Source of the DNA: Candidatus Sericytochromatia bacterium
Lineage (GTDB): Bacteria > Cyanobacteriota > Sericytochromatia > S15B-MN24 > JAQBPE01
Direction of reading: 5' to 3'
Assembly: GCA_035285325.1 (NCBI GenBank)
Contig: JAYKJB010000009.1
Location: 10,910 to 74,909 of the forward strand
DNA: 64,000 bases
A program made the position numbers and the translations under genes. This document shows, one piece after another, positions 28,884-37,740 of the stretch. Position 1 is the stretch's first letter; every line of letters begins with the position of its first letter. The notes under the pieces were generated by a model. It was not told where the DNA came from. It searched no databases and saw nothing but the letters and a program-made list of their open reading frames with translations.

Positions 28884-30212
28884 ATGACCTGCCCCTCGCA
28901 GCCGTCGCTGCCCCCTGCTCCGCTCAAACGCCCCCCCGCATCGCTGCCGGTCTGGCTGGCGGAGCACCGCTTGTGGGGCGAACTTTCGCGCGTCGCGGTG
29001 CGTCTGGGGGTGCGCCTGCTGGTGGTGGGCGGCGGGGTCCGTGATTGGCTACTCGGGCGCACCCCGGGGGATTGGGACCTGGTGGTTTCCCACTCGCCTC
29101 AACGTTTCGTCGCCGCGCTGCGAGACGCCCTGCCCGTCACCGCCACCGTCCTGCTCGACGAGGCGATGCAGGTCTGGCGCCTGCAACTCGCCGATGGAAC
29201 GGTCCTGGATGTCGCCGCTATGCAAGAGGGGAACCTCATCGCGGACCTCAGCCGACGGGACCTGACCCTCAACGCGATCGCCTGGGAATTGCCCGATGGC
29301 ATCTGGCACGATCCGCTGTCCGGGATCGCCGATTTGCAAGCGGGGCTGCTGCGGGTACCGGCCCGTCAGAACCTGGAAGATGATCCCTTGCGGGTGCTGC
29401 GGGTCTACCGCTTCGCCGCCACCCTCGGCTACACCATCAGTGAACCGTTCGCTGCCTGGGCGGGCGAACTGGCGCCCCTGTTGCGACACCCGGCGGGGGA
29501 GCGGATGGGGGCCGAATGGGCCAAGATTCTGGCCAGTGGACGAGCGGCCTGCACCCTCCAGTTGATGCAGGCCCACGGCACCCTCGGCGAGGCGCTGGGC
29601 TGCCCGCAGGCCGACTGGCAGGCCGGCATCCTGACCATTGCGGCCGGCGAAAAATCCTGGAACCAGCGCCCGGGCGACGCCTGGGCCCGCACGCGCACCT
29701 GGCTGGAGGGCCCCGTGCGCGAGGACCGCCCCCGTCTCCAGGCCGTGATGCTGGCCGCTCTCCTCGCCCCGCTCGCCGAGGCGCCCCGAGCAGGCGTGAT
29801 GACCCGCCTACGTCTGAGCCGCAAGGAGGTCCAGCTGGTCCGCTGCCTCTGCGAGGAGGCGGAGGGCTTCGCACGGGCCCTGCGCGAGCGGTTTGGCAAG
29901 CGCGCACAGCATCGTCTGTTCAAACGATGCGGTGAAAATTTCCCGGGGCTGGCCTGGCTTCAGGCCGCGACGGCCACCCCGCCTGATCGGGAGCTCATCG
30001 GCGCATGCCTGGCGGATTACTGGCAGCGGGTCGACCACCCCCTGCCGCGCCACGTCAATGGACACGACCTGCTGGGGCTGCCGGGGCTCGGGCCCGGGCC
30101 GGCGATCGCCGATTGGCTCACGGCAGTCGAGGAGGAGACCGCGGTCGGCGCGCTGCACTCACGCGAGGAAGCCCTCGCGTGGGTGGCGGCGAGGCTCGGG
30201 GACGCGGTATAG
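28884..30212 (+). CDS. tRNA nucleotidyltransferase / poly(A) polymerase family (CCA-adding-type) protein
   Basis: Pol-beta NTase head motifs VVGGGVRD and RRDLTLNA. 442 aa. Confidence 0.8.
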   Translation: MTCPSQPSLPPAPLKRPPASLPVWLAEHRLWGELSRVAVRLGVRLLVVGGGVRDWLLGRTPGDWDLVVSHSPQRFVAALRDALPVTATVLLDEAMQVWRLQLADGTVLDVAAMQEGNLIADLSRRDLTLNAIAWELPDGIWHDPLSGIADLQAGLLRVPARQNLEDDPLRVLRVYRFAATLGYTISEPFAAWAGELAPLLRHPAGERMGAEWAKILASGRAACTLQLMQAHGTLGEALGCPQADWQAGILTIAAGEKSWNQRPGDAWARTRTWLEGPVREDRPRLQAVMLAALLAPLAEAPRAGVMTRLRLSRKEVQLVRCLCEEAEGFARALRERFGKRAQHRLFKRCGENFPGLAWLQAATATPPDRELIGACLADYWQRVDHPLPRHVNGHDLLGLPGLGPGPAIADWLTAVEEETAVGALHSREEALAWVAARLGDAV

Positions 30213-30231
30213 AAATCCTGACTGGCCCTGC

Positions 30232-30269
30232 CCCGTCTTCCCCGCCGTGCGATCGCGCGGGAACGGGGT
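30232..30269 (+). terminator. GC hairpin after the nucleotidyltransferase gene (no U-tract)
   Basis: CCCCG-TCTT-CCCGC ... GCGGG-AA-CGGGG forms nested inverted repeats. Confidence 0.35.
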
Positions 30270-30327
30270 GGTCCAAGGGCACGCCGAGCGATGCACCGAG
30301 GGACGCTCCGGGAGGTGAGCGGAGGCC

Positions 30328-31584
30328 GTGGCCGACGAAGACAAGCGACACGATCCGACGCCTCACAAATTGGATGAGGAGCGCAAAAAGGGCAACGTCC
30401 TGAAGGTGCAGGACCTGCTCGCCGCCGCCATCATCTTCGTCTCGGCTTACGCCCTGGCGTGGTCGGCAGAATTCGCCTACCAGTACGTCTATGCCTTTAT
30501 CGTCGAGATCCTGCGCAGCATTCCGGAGTATCAGGGGCTGAGTGTGGCCCAGGCCCGCTGGTTGCTCTGGCGGGTGGTCCTGGTGGTCGTCATCAGCACC
30601 ACGCCCTTCGTGGTCCTGATCCTGCTGACGGTGCTGGTGGTCCTGTATGCCCAGGTGGGCTTCCTGATCACGTTCAAACCGCTGGAGCCGAAATACGAAA
30701 AAATCGACCCGGTCAACGGCTTCAAAAACAAGGTCAATCCGTTCAAGGTCAAGCAGCTGTTCAACCTGGTCAAAACCCTGCTGGTTTGCCTCGTGATCGG
30801 TTACTTGGTGTTCGACGTGGTCCGGGACAACCTGGCCACGATTCTGCAGAGCGCCACCCTCTCGGTCACCGGCGCGCTGGGCCTGATTGGCTTCCTGATA
30901 CTGGAGGTGGCCAAAAAAGTCGCCCTGTTCATGCTCGTGGTCGCCTTCGTCTCGTACCTGTTCGAGCGCTGGCAATGGTGGAAAGGCCTGAAGATGTCCG
31001 ACAAGGAGATCAAGGATGAGTACAAGAAGCTGGAAGGCGACCCCCATATCAAGGGCAAGCAACGCCAGAAGATGATGGAAATTTCTTCCGGCGCCATGCG
31101 TGAGGTGGTCCCCAATGCCGACGTGGTGGTCACCAACCCGACCCACTTTGCCGTGGCGCTGGAATACAAGCCCAAGCGCGGAATGAAGGCGCCCAAGGTG
31201 CTGGCCAAGGGCAAGGGGCGCCAGGCGCTGCTGATCCGACAAATTGCAGAGGAAAACTTCATCCCCACGGTCGAAGACCCCCCGACGGCACGCGCCCTCT
31301 ATGACCAGGTCAAGGTGGGGCAAAGCATTCCCCCCGAACTGTTCGTGGCGGTGGCCAAGATCATCGCCACCATCATGCGCAAACGGCAAAGGCCGGCCGC
31401 CCTGCCGGTCGTTCCCTCTCTGACCGGTTACGTCCCTGCCCTGATCGAGCCGGCTCCGCCACCAGCCCGCACCCAAGCGGGGTCCCCGCCGTCAGCCGCA
31501 GCGAGCGAACCGGCCGCGGAAACGAGGCCCGAAATCGATGCGGCCGAAGCCATCCCCCCCGCCCCCCCCTCAGCCCCCACCTGA
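30328..31584 (+). CDS. flhB: FlhB/YscU-family type III export-gate protein homolog (orphan)
   Basis: GTG start with a GGAGG RBS. Four N-terminal TM segments. The conserved NPTH autocleavage site (VTNPTHFAVAL) and a PKVLAKGKG block are present. A ~70-aa Pro/Ala-rich C-terminal extension follows. Confidence 0.8.
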   Translation: MADEDKRHDPTPHKLDEERKKGNVLKVQDLLAAAIIFVSAYALAWSAEFAYQYVYAFIVEILRSIPEYQGLSVAQARWLLWRVVLVVVISTTPFVVLILLTVLVVLYAQVGFLITFKPLEPKYEKIDPVNGFKNKVNPFKVKQLFNLVKTLLVCLVIGYLVFDVVRDNLATILQSATLSVTGALGLIGFLILEVAKKVALFMLVVAFVSYLFERWQWWKGLKMSDKEIKDEYKKLEGDPHIKGKQRQKMMEISSGAMREVVPNADVVVTNPTHFAVALEYKPKRGMKAPKVLAKGKGRQALLIRQIAEENFIPTVEDPPTARALYDQVKVGQSIPPELFVAVAKIIATIMRKRQRPAALPVVPSLTGYVPALIEPAPPPARTQAGSPPSAAASEPAAETRPEIDAAEAIPPAPPSAPT

Positions 31585-31623
31585 CAGCGACGGCGATGAA
31601 AGGGTTTCGACCGGGAACCCGTT

Positions 31624-31652
31624 TTGACGCTCGCATACCCCCGTGCTATCTT
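31624..31652 (+). promoter_or_regulatory. strong sigma70-type promoter for the SLH-porin gene
   Basis: TTGACG, a 17-nt spacer, then TATCTT. The ORF starts at TTG 31713, with a GGAGG RBS upstream. Confidence 0.5.
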
Positions 31653-31712
31653 GCCTGGGCGCGTCCTGAGCCCAACCCGGCAGACGTCGCCGTCGATTGG
31701 AGGGTCCCCGTC

Positions 31713-33467
31713 TTGAACGCACGTCTTCGCTTGATCACCTGCCTGACGGCTGGCCTCGCGCCGTGGTTCGCAACGCCCGTTCTGGCGTACACGCCGGTCA
31801 GTGAGCTGAAGGACGTGGGGTCGGACCACTGGGCCCGGGAAGCCATCGTGGCCTTGGTCGAGAAATATGAAGTCATGGATGGCTTCAGCGACAAGACCTT
31901 CCGGGGCTCGCGGACCCTCACGCGCTATGAACTGGCTGCGGCCCTCGCCAAGGTGATGGCCAAGGTCGAGGAACAAATTGCCAGTGCGACGGGCAATCCG
32001 ATCAGCCTCGACCCCAGCGTCAACACCGACGATCTTCGGACGATTGCGCGCCTGCAGCGGGAATTCCGGGACGAACTGGAGGTGCTCAAGGGCCGCACGG
32101 ACAGCCTCGACTCGCGGCTTTCCACCGTCGAGAAGCGCGCTCGCCTCAGCGGCGAGATTCGCAACGAATACCGCTCGTATCTGGGCGCGATGCCGGCCGC
32201 CCAGTGGCCGACAGATGACACCCGCGTTCGCAGCCGGCTCAACCTGGATGCCGCCCTCGCCGACGACGTGGCGGCTCACAGCAGCCTGTTCTGGGACGTT
32301 TACGGGCCGGTGGGAGCCGGGGCTGCCTTCGCGACGCCCGGTCGCCCGGACACGCCCTTCACCGAAGCGTACCTTTCGCGCGCCTACGTGAGCTACACCC
32401 CCGGGACCTGGGCCCTGCACACGGGCGTGATGAACGCCAGCGACGTGCTGACCCTCGGCTCGAGTTTCAAGAACCCCTTCACCCAGAATGTCTGGCGCGA
32501 TGGCCTGGGCGGCTATGGGTTCGTGGGTACGCCCGGCCTGGCCCTGGGCAGCGGTGACCTGGTGGCCCGGCTCAAGCTGAATGGGGAGGCCCGCCCGGCC
32601 AACCCGGCCTGGTGGCTGCCGGGCACGGATGTGGCCCTGCAGGCGCTGGACCCCAACGCCACGCAGCCACTGGCCCCTCGCGGGAATTACATGGCAGCCG
32701 CAGGCACCCAGATGGGCCCCTTCCAGCTGGGCCTGGCCTATTACCAGGGCGGACTTTCCGGACGAGACGTGGAACGCCTGAACACGCTGGGCTACGCGGA
32801 CAGTCTGCCTCAACTGGAAGGCACGCTGCCTGGCGGACGGATGCTGGCCACCGTGGGAGGAGACTTCGGCGTCGTGCGTGCTCAGCTAGCGGCCAAGACG
32901 GTGGGATTGCCGACCGATGCGCCGGATGCGGCCAACAAGACCCTGACGAGCACACTGGATGTCGGCAGCGAGGCCTTGGGTCTCAGTCTTCAAACCGTTT
33001 CCCGGACTGCCTTTACGGGCAATTTCAACCCTTCGCAAGCCAGCCTCACGCTGGCCAGCAATGACCTGTTTGGCACGGGGTTCGGCCTGGGTCTGGGCCT
33101 GAATGCCGGCAGTGTGGTCGGTACCCGTCTCAGCAACGGTCAGCCGTTTCAGTTCAGTGGCCGGAATCTGATGCAAGGCCTGGCAGGAGCCGATTATGCC
33201 AGCTACGGAGCGACGCTGCGGATCCCTGGCTTCTCGATCTTCCCTCACCTGACGCTGGCGGCCCAGCAGACAGGCGGCCCCAATCTCGAACGCACGCTGG
33301 GCTCGGGGCTGACGCTGCAAACCGAAATCCAGATCGCCCAGTTGCCGCGTATCCAGGTGGAGTATTCCTCCGGCAAGTTCGACCCCGGCACTGACAACGG
33401 CCTGCTCAACAACGCCGCCCTCGTGTCCCACGAACTGCTCGCCGCCCAGATGCTCGTGCCCTTCTGA
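31713..33467 (+). CDS. SLH-domain outer-membrane porin (SlpA/OmpM-type): SLH, coiled coil, C-terminal beta-barrel
   Basis: Signal peptide MNARLRLITCLTAGLAPWFATPVLA. SLH motif: ELKDVGSDHWAREAIVALVEKYEVMDGFSDKTFRGSRTLTRYELAAALAKV. A heptad coiled coil is followed by a beta-rich C-terminal half ending ...MLVPF, with a terminal Phe. Confidence 0.85.
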   Translation: MNARLRLITCLTAGLAPWFATPVLAYTPVSELKDVGSDHWAREAIVALVEKYEVMDGFSDKTFRGSRTLTRYELAAALAKVMAKVEEQIASATGNPISLDPSVNTDDLRTIARLQREFRDELEVLKGRTDSLDSRLSTVEKRARLSGEIRNEYRSYLGAMPAAQWPTDDTRVRSRLNLDAALADDVAAHSSLFWDVYGPVGAGAAFATPGRPDTPFTEAYLSRAYVSYTPGTWALHTGVMNASDVLTLGSSFKNPFTQNVWRDGLGGYGFVGTPGLALGSGDLVARLKLNGEARPANPAWWLPGTDVALQALDPNATQPLAPRGNYMAAAGTQMGPFQLGLAYYQGGLSGRDVERLNTLGYADSLPQLEGTLPGGRMLATVGGDFGVVRAQLAAKTVGLPTDAPDAANKTLTSTLDVGSEALGLSLQTVSRTAFTGNFNPSQASLTLASNDLFGTGFGLGLGLNAGSVVGTRLSNGQPFQFSGRNLMQGLAGADYASYGATLRIPGFSIFPHLTLAAQQTGGPNLERTLGSGLTLQTEIQIAQLPRIQVEYSSGKFDPGTDNGLLNNAALVSHELLAAQMLVPF

Positions 33468-33479
33468 GCTGCGCCCCCC

Positions 33480-33516
33480 TGCCGGCGCGCCAGCCTTCGG
33501 GTGACAGGCGCCGGCA
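33480..33516 (+). terminator. hairpin after the SLH-porin gene
   Basis: TGCCGGCGC ... GCGCCGGCA is a perfect 9-bp stem with a 19-nt loop. No U-tract. Confidence 0.4.
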
Positions 33517-33534
33517 CATTCAAGGAGACTGCCC

Positions 33535-34722
33535 GTGAGTCGCGCCCTGTACCTGGTCGACGGTGCCCGAACCCCTTTCGGGACCTACATGGGAGAACTT
33601 CGCCACCTGTCCGCCGCGGATCTGGCGATCGCCGCGACCCGCGAGGCCCTGTCCCGGGCCCGCGTCGCGCCCGATGCGTTCGACGCGGTGGTGCTCGGCA
33701 ATGTCATGCAAGCCGAACGGGAAAGTTACTACCTGGCCAAGTACGTGGGCCTGCAAGTGGGCATGGCGGAGACCATCACCGGCCTGACCGTCAATCGGCT
33801 ATGCGGCTCCGGCATGCAGGCGGTCGTGAGCGCGTGTCAGGCGATGCGTCTGGAGGAAAGTGAACTGGCTCTGGTGGGCGGCACCGAGTGTATGAGCCGG
33901 GCCCCCTTTATCCTGCGAGGGGCCCGCGAAGGCCTGCGCGGCGACCAGACCCTGGAAGACCCCCTGCTCGGGCCCCACTCCGTGTTCGTCGACCCCGCCT
34001 GTGGGCTGATCATGGGAGAAACGGCCGAGGTGCTGGGCGACGAGTACGGAATTTCCCGCGAGGCCATGGACACCTTTGCGTTGCGCTCGCAGGAAGCTGC
34101 GCGGCAGGCCATCGAACGGGGGCGTCTGGCCCGAGAGATCGTGCCGGTCGAGATTCCCGGCAAGGGAGGCCCCAAGCTCGTGTCCCGTGACGAGCATCCG
34201 CGAGAGACCTCGCTCGAGAAACTGGCAACCCTCAAACCGGCCTTTCGCAAGGGGGGACATGTCACCCCGGGCAACGCCTCCGGCATCAACGACGGGGCCT
34301 GTTCCCTGGTCCTGGCCACGGAAGAACGCGTCGCGGCCCTCAACCTCACCCCCAAGGCGCGCGTCGTGTCCTGGTCCGTGGCCGGGGTTTCGGGTCGCCG
34401 TATGGGCATCGGGCCCGCGCCCGCCATCCAGGTGGCCCTGCAGCGCGCTGGCTTGACCCTGGCCGACATGAGCGTGATCGAGGTCAACGAGGCCTTCGCG
34501 GCCCAGTATCTGGCAGTGGAGAAGGAACTCGGTCTCGACCGGGACAAGGTCAACCCGAACGGCGGGGCGATCGCCTTGGGGCACCCGATCGGCGCCTCGG
34601 GCGCCCGCATCCTGCTCTCCCTGATGTATGAGCTCGAGGAACGGCAAGCCCGCTATGGCGTGGCTTCCGCCTGCATCGGCGGCGGCCAGGGCATCGCCAT
34701 GGTGCTGGAACGCGTCTCCTAG
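33535..34722 (+). CDS. acetyl-CoA C-acetyltransferase (thiolase)
   Basis: GTG start with an AAGGAG RBS. Thiolase blocks NRLCGSGMQAV, NEAFAAQ, GGAIALGHPIGASGARI and CIGGGQGIAMV. Confidence 0.9.
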   Translation: MSRALYLVDGARTPFGTYMGELRHLSAADLAIAATREALSRARVAPDAFDAVVLGNVMQAERESYYLAKYVGLQVGMAETITGLTVNRLCGSGMQAVVSACQAMRLEESELALVGGTECMSRAPFILRGAREGLRGDQTLEDPLLGPHSVFVDPACGLIMGETAEVLGDEYGISREAMDTFALRSQEAARQAIERGRLAREIVPVEIPGKGGPKLVSRDEHPRETSLEKLATLKPAFRKGGHVTPGNASGINDGACSLVLATEERVAALNLTPKARVVSWSVAGVSGRRMGIGPAPAIQVALQRAGLTLADMSVIEVNEAFAAQYLAVEKELGLDRDKVNPNGGAIALGHPIGASGARILLSLMYELEERQARYGVASACIGGGQGIAMVLERVS

Positions 34723-34836
34723 GACACCATCACCGGACAGGCGGGAAGCGCCTGCGCCGGCCCCTCGGTGCATCGCGCCCCCCTCGCGTTCTGCGGTGGG
34801 CCGAACCTGGACACGGCCGGCTGGCCGAGCCCCGTG

Positions 34837-34845
34837 TGTTATAAT
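34837..34845 (+). promoter_or_regulatory. extended -10 promoter TGtTATAAT upstream of accD
   Basis: Perfect TATAAT at 34840-34845 with TG at 34837-34838. It lies about 45 nt upstream of the accD ATG. Confidence 0.4.
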
Positions 34846-34888
34846 CCTTCGGTTCAGTGGCAGCCTCGCCTGCCTGTTCGAGTGAGCG

Positions 34889-35785
34889 ATGACCCTCAAA
34901 GACTGGTTCGCCAATCGCAGCGCCCGCACCGAAGTCAAGGGCGCCACCTTTCGCCGGGACATTCCGGACGGCCTGTGGGTCAAGTGCACCGCCTGTGAAG
35001 AGGCACTCTTCACCAAGGAACTGCAAAGCAACCTGCAGGTGTGCCCTCGCTGCGGCTTTCACTTCCGTCTGAACGCGCGGGAACGCATCGAACAGCTGGT
35101 CGATGAGGGCTCCTTCGAAACGATGGACGCCCACCTGCGCTCCACGGACCCGCTGGCCTTTGTTGATACGAAGCGTTACAGCGAGCGATTGAAAGACGCC
35201 TACGCCAAACATGGGCCCGAAGAAGGGGTCATCACGGGCATCGCCACGATCGATGGCCAGCGCGTGGCGCTCGGCGTCATGAACTTCTATTTCTTGGGCG
35301 GCTCGATGGGCTCGGTCGTGGGTGAGAAAATCACCCGCCTGATCGAGCGAGCCGGCGACGAACAACTCCCGTTAATCACCGTCACCGCCAGCGGCGGCGC
35401 CCGCATGCAAGAGGGCGCCCTGTCGCTCATGCAAATGGCCAAAACGACGGCGGCGCTGCAACACTTCCACCGGGCGCGCAAGGTCTATATTGCCGTGATG
35501 GCGGACCCCACCACCGGCGGCGTGACCGCCAGCTTCCCCTCCCTGGCCGACATTCTGGTGTCCGAACCGGGCGCCTTGATCGGATTCGCCGGGCGTCGGG
35601 TGATCGAGCAGACAATCCGCCAGAAGCCCCCCGCGGACTTCCAGATGGCCGAGTCGTTGCTGCGCCACGGTCTGATCGACATGATCATCCCGCGTCCGAA
35701 ACTGAAGGGGGAACTGTCCCGGCTGCTCAAGTTACATCGGTTGGTCGACGTGACCTCGAATGAGGGGGCGGTCTCGCATGGCTAA
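34889..35785 (+). CDS. accD: acetyl-CoA carboxylase carboxyltransferase beta subunit
   Basis: N-terminal zinc ribbon CTACEEALFTKELQSNLQVCPRCGFH, then the carboxyltransferase domain. Confidence 0.9.
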   Translation: MTLKDWFANRSARTEVKGATFRRDIPDGLWVKCTACEEALFTKELQSNLQVCPRCGFHFRLNARERIEQLVDEGSFETMDAHLRSTDPLAFVDTKRYSERLKDAYAKHGPEEGVITGIATIDGQRVALGVMNFYFLGGSMGSVVGEKITRLIERAGDEQLPLITVTASGGARMQEGALSLMQMAKTTAALQHFHRARKVYIAVMADPTTGGVTASFPSLADILVSEPGALIGFAGRRVIEQTIRQKPPADFQMAESLLRHGLIDMIIPRPKLKGELSRLLKLHRLVDVTSNEGAVSHG

Positions 35786-36740
35786 GCGTTTCGAGCTGGA
35801 GTTCGAACGCCCGCTGGTCGAACTCGAAGACAAGATCGCGCAGTTCAAGCGCATGGCCGAGGAAAACGGCATCAACCTGGACGGCGAGGTGGCGCGGCTA
35901 CAGGAACGGGCCAGCGAACTTCGGCGGGGCATCTTCGACAACCTGACGCCCGCCCAACGCATTCAGATCGCCCGTCATCCGCGACGCCCCACCACCCTCG
36001 ATTACATCGGCGCGATCGCCGAGGACTTCGTGGAATTGCGTGGCGATCGGCAAGGCGTCGATGACATGGCCCTGGTCGGGGGGATTGGACGCTTCATGGG
36101 GCGCTCGGTGGTGTTCGTCGGCCATCAGAAGGGCCGCGACACCAAGGACAACATCGCCCGCAACTTCGGCATGCCTCAGCCTGAGGGGTACCGCAAGGCG
36201 ATCCGGTTGATGCGTCACGCGGCGCGCTTCCGGATGCCGCTGATTGCCTTCATCGACACCCCCGGCGCCTATCCCGGGATTGCCGCGGAGGAACACAACC
36301 AGGGCGGGGCGATCGCCCATTCGATCTACGAAATGGCCCAACTGCCGGTGCCGTGCGTCGCGGTGGTGCTGGGCGAGGGGGGCAGCGGGGGCGCTTTGGC
36401 GCTGGGCGTGGCCGACCGGGTCCTGATCATGGAGCACGCGTACTACTCGGTGATCAGCCCCGAGGGCTGCGCTGCGATTCTCTGGAAAGACGCCGCCAAG
36501 GCCTCCGAGGCGGCCAGTGCCATGAAGATCTCGGCGCAGGACCTCAAGCGACTATCAATCGTCGACGAAGTCATTACGGAGCCCGTCGGCGGGGCCCACC
36601 AAGACTCGGTCGAAGCGGCGCGACGGCTGGGTGAGGCCATCCGGCGCCACCTGAGCACGATTGTCGACCAGCCGGAAGATGTGCTGCTGGCGTCGCGCTA
36701 CGCGCGTTTCAGGGCCCTGGGTCGGTTTCAAGAGGGTTGA
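35778..36740 (+). CDS. accA: acetyl-CoA carboxylase carboxyltransferase alpha subunit
   Basis: MAKRFELEFERPLVELE... and the AccA block AFIDTPGAYPGIAAEE. It overlaps the accD 3' end. Confidence 0.9.
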   Translation: MAKRFELEFERPLVELEDKIAQFKRMAEENGINLDGEVARLQERASELRRGIFDNLTPAQRIQIARHPRRPTTLDYIGAIAEDFVELRGDRQGVDDMALVGGIGRFMGRSVVFVGHQKGRDTKDNIARNFGMPQPEGYRKAIRLMRHAARFRMPLIAFIDTPGAYPGIAAEEHNQGGAIAHSIYEMAQLPVPCVAVVLGEGGSGGALALGVADRVLIMEHAYYSVISPEGCAAILWKDAAKASEAASAMKISAQDLKRLSIVDEVITEPVGGAHQDSVEAARRLGEAIRRHLSTIVDQPEDVLLASRYARFRALGRFQEG

Positions 36741-36741
36741 G

Positions 36742-37716
36742 ATGAAACGCCTTGCGGTCCTGACAAGCGGTGGGGATGCCCCCGGCATGAATGCGGCCAT
36801 CCGATCGGTGGTTCGCAAGGCGCTGCACGCCGGTTGCGAAGTGTGGGGCATCGAATATGGCTACAACGGGCTCCTGAAAGGCCAGATGCGACTGATGGAG
36901 TATCACGATGTAGGCAACATCCTGCAGCGTGGGGGCACCATGCTGAAGACCGCACGGTCCACCCAATTTCCCACCCCCGAAGGTCAGGAGATGGCCATCC
37001 GCGAGTTGGAGCGTCGGAGTATCGAAGGGCTCGTCGTCATTGGTGGCGACGGTTCTTTCCGAGGCGCCCAGTTGCTGGGTAAGAAAGGTATCGCCATCGT
37101 GGGCGTGCCGGGCACCATCGACAACGACATCTACGGCACGGACTACACGATTGGCTTCGATACGGCTGTCAACACCGTGCTTGACGCCATCAACAAGATT
37201 CGCGACACCGCCAGCAGTCACAAGCGCATCGTCATCATCGAGGTGATGGGGCGTGACAGCGGCTGGATTGCGCTGTCCAGCGGGCTGGCCGGTGGTGCCG
37301 AGTTCGTGATCGTGCCGGAAATTCCGCATGATCTGGACTTCGTCTCCGACAAGATCATTCGCGGCATGAACCAGGGCAAGGAGCACTCCATCGTGATCGT
37401 GGCCGAGGGCGCTGCCCACGGCTTCGACGTGGGCGAACGCCTGCGCATCAGCACGGGATACGACACCCGCGTCACGGTCTTGGGACACATTCAGCGCGGC
37501 GGCAGCCCGTCGGCCTTCGACCGTCTGCTGGCCACGCGCCTGGGGGCTGCGGCCGTGGACGTGCTGCTCGGTGGCACCTCCAACGTGATGGTTGGCCTCT
37601 CGGGGAATGAGGTGTCCGTTCAGAACCTGGATGACGTGATCGGTCAGAAACGGGGGTTGGACGTGGGGCTCTACGAACTGGAGGCCATCCTCGCCAGCCG
37701 CGCCACGGGCGGCTGA
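36742..37716 (+). CDS. pfkA: ATP-dependent 6-phosphofructokinase
   Basis: MKRLAVLTSGGDAPGMNAAIR, GGDGS and MGRDSGWIA. The start codon sits 1 nt after the accA stop. Confidence 0.9.
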   Translation: MKRLAVLTSGGDAPGMNAAIRSVVRKALHAGCEVWGIEYGYNGLLKGQMRLMEYHDVGNILQRGGTMLKTARSTQFPTPEGQEMAIRELERRSIEGLVVIGGDGSFRGAQLLGKKGIAIVGVPGTIDNDIYGTDYTIGFDTAVNTVLDAINKIRDTASSHKRIVIIEVMGRDSGWIALSSGLAGGAEFVIVPEIPHDLDFVSDKIIRGMNQGKEHSIVIVAEGAAHGFDVGERLRISTGYDTRVTVLGHIQRGGSPSAFDRLLATRLGAAAVDVLLGGTSNVMVGLSGNEVSVQNLDDVIGQKRGLDVGLYELEAILASRATGG

Positions 37717-37740
37717 GCCGAACGCAACTGAACCAGGCGC

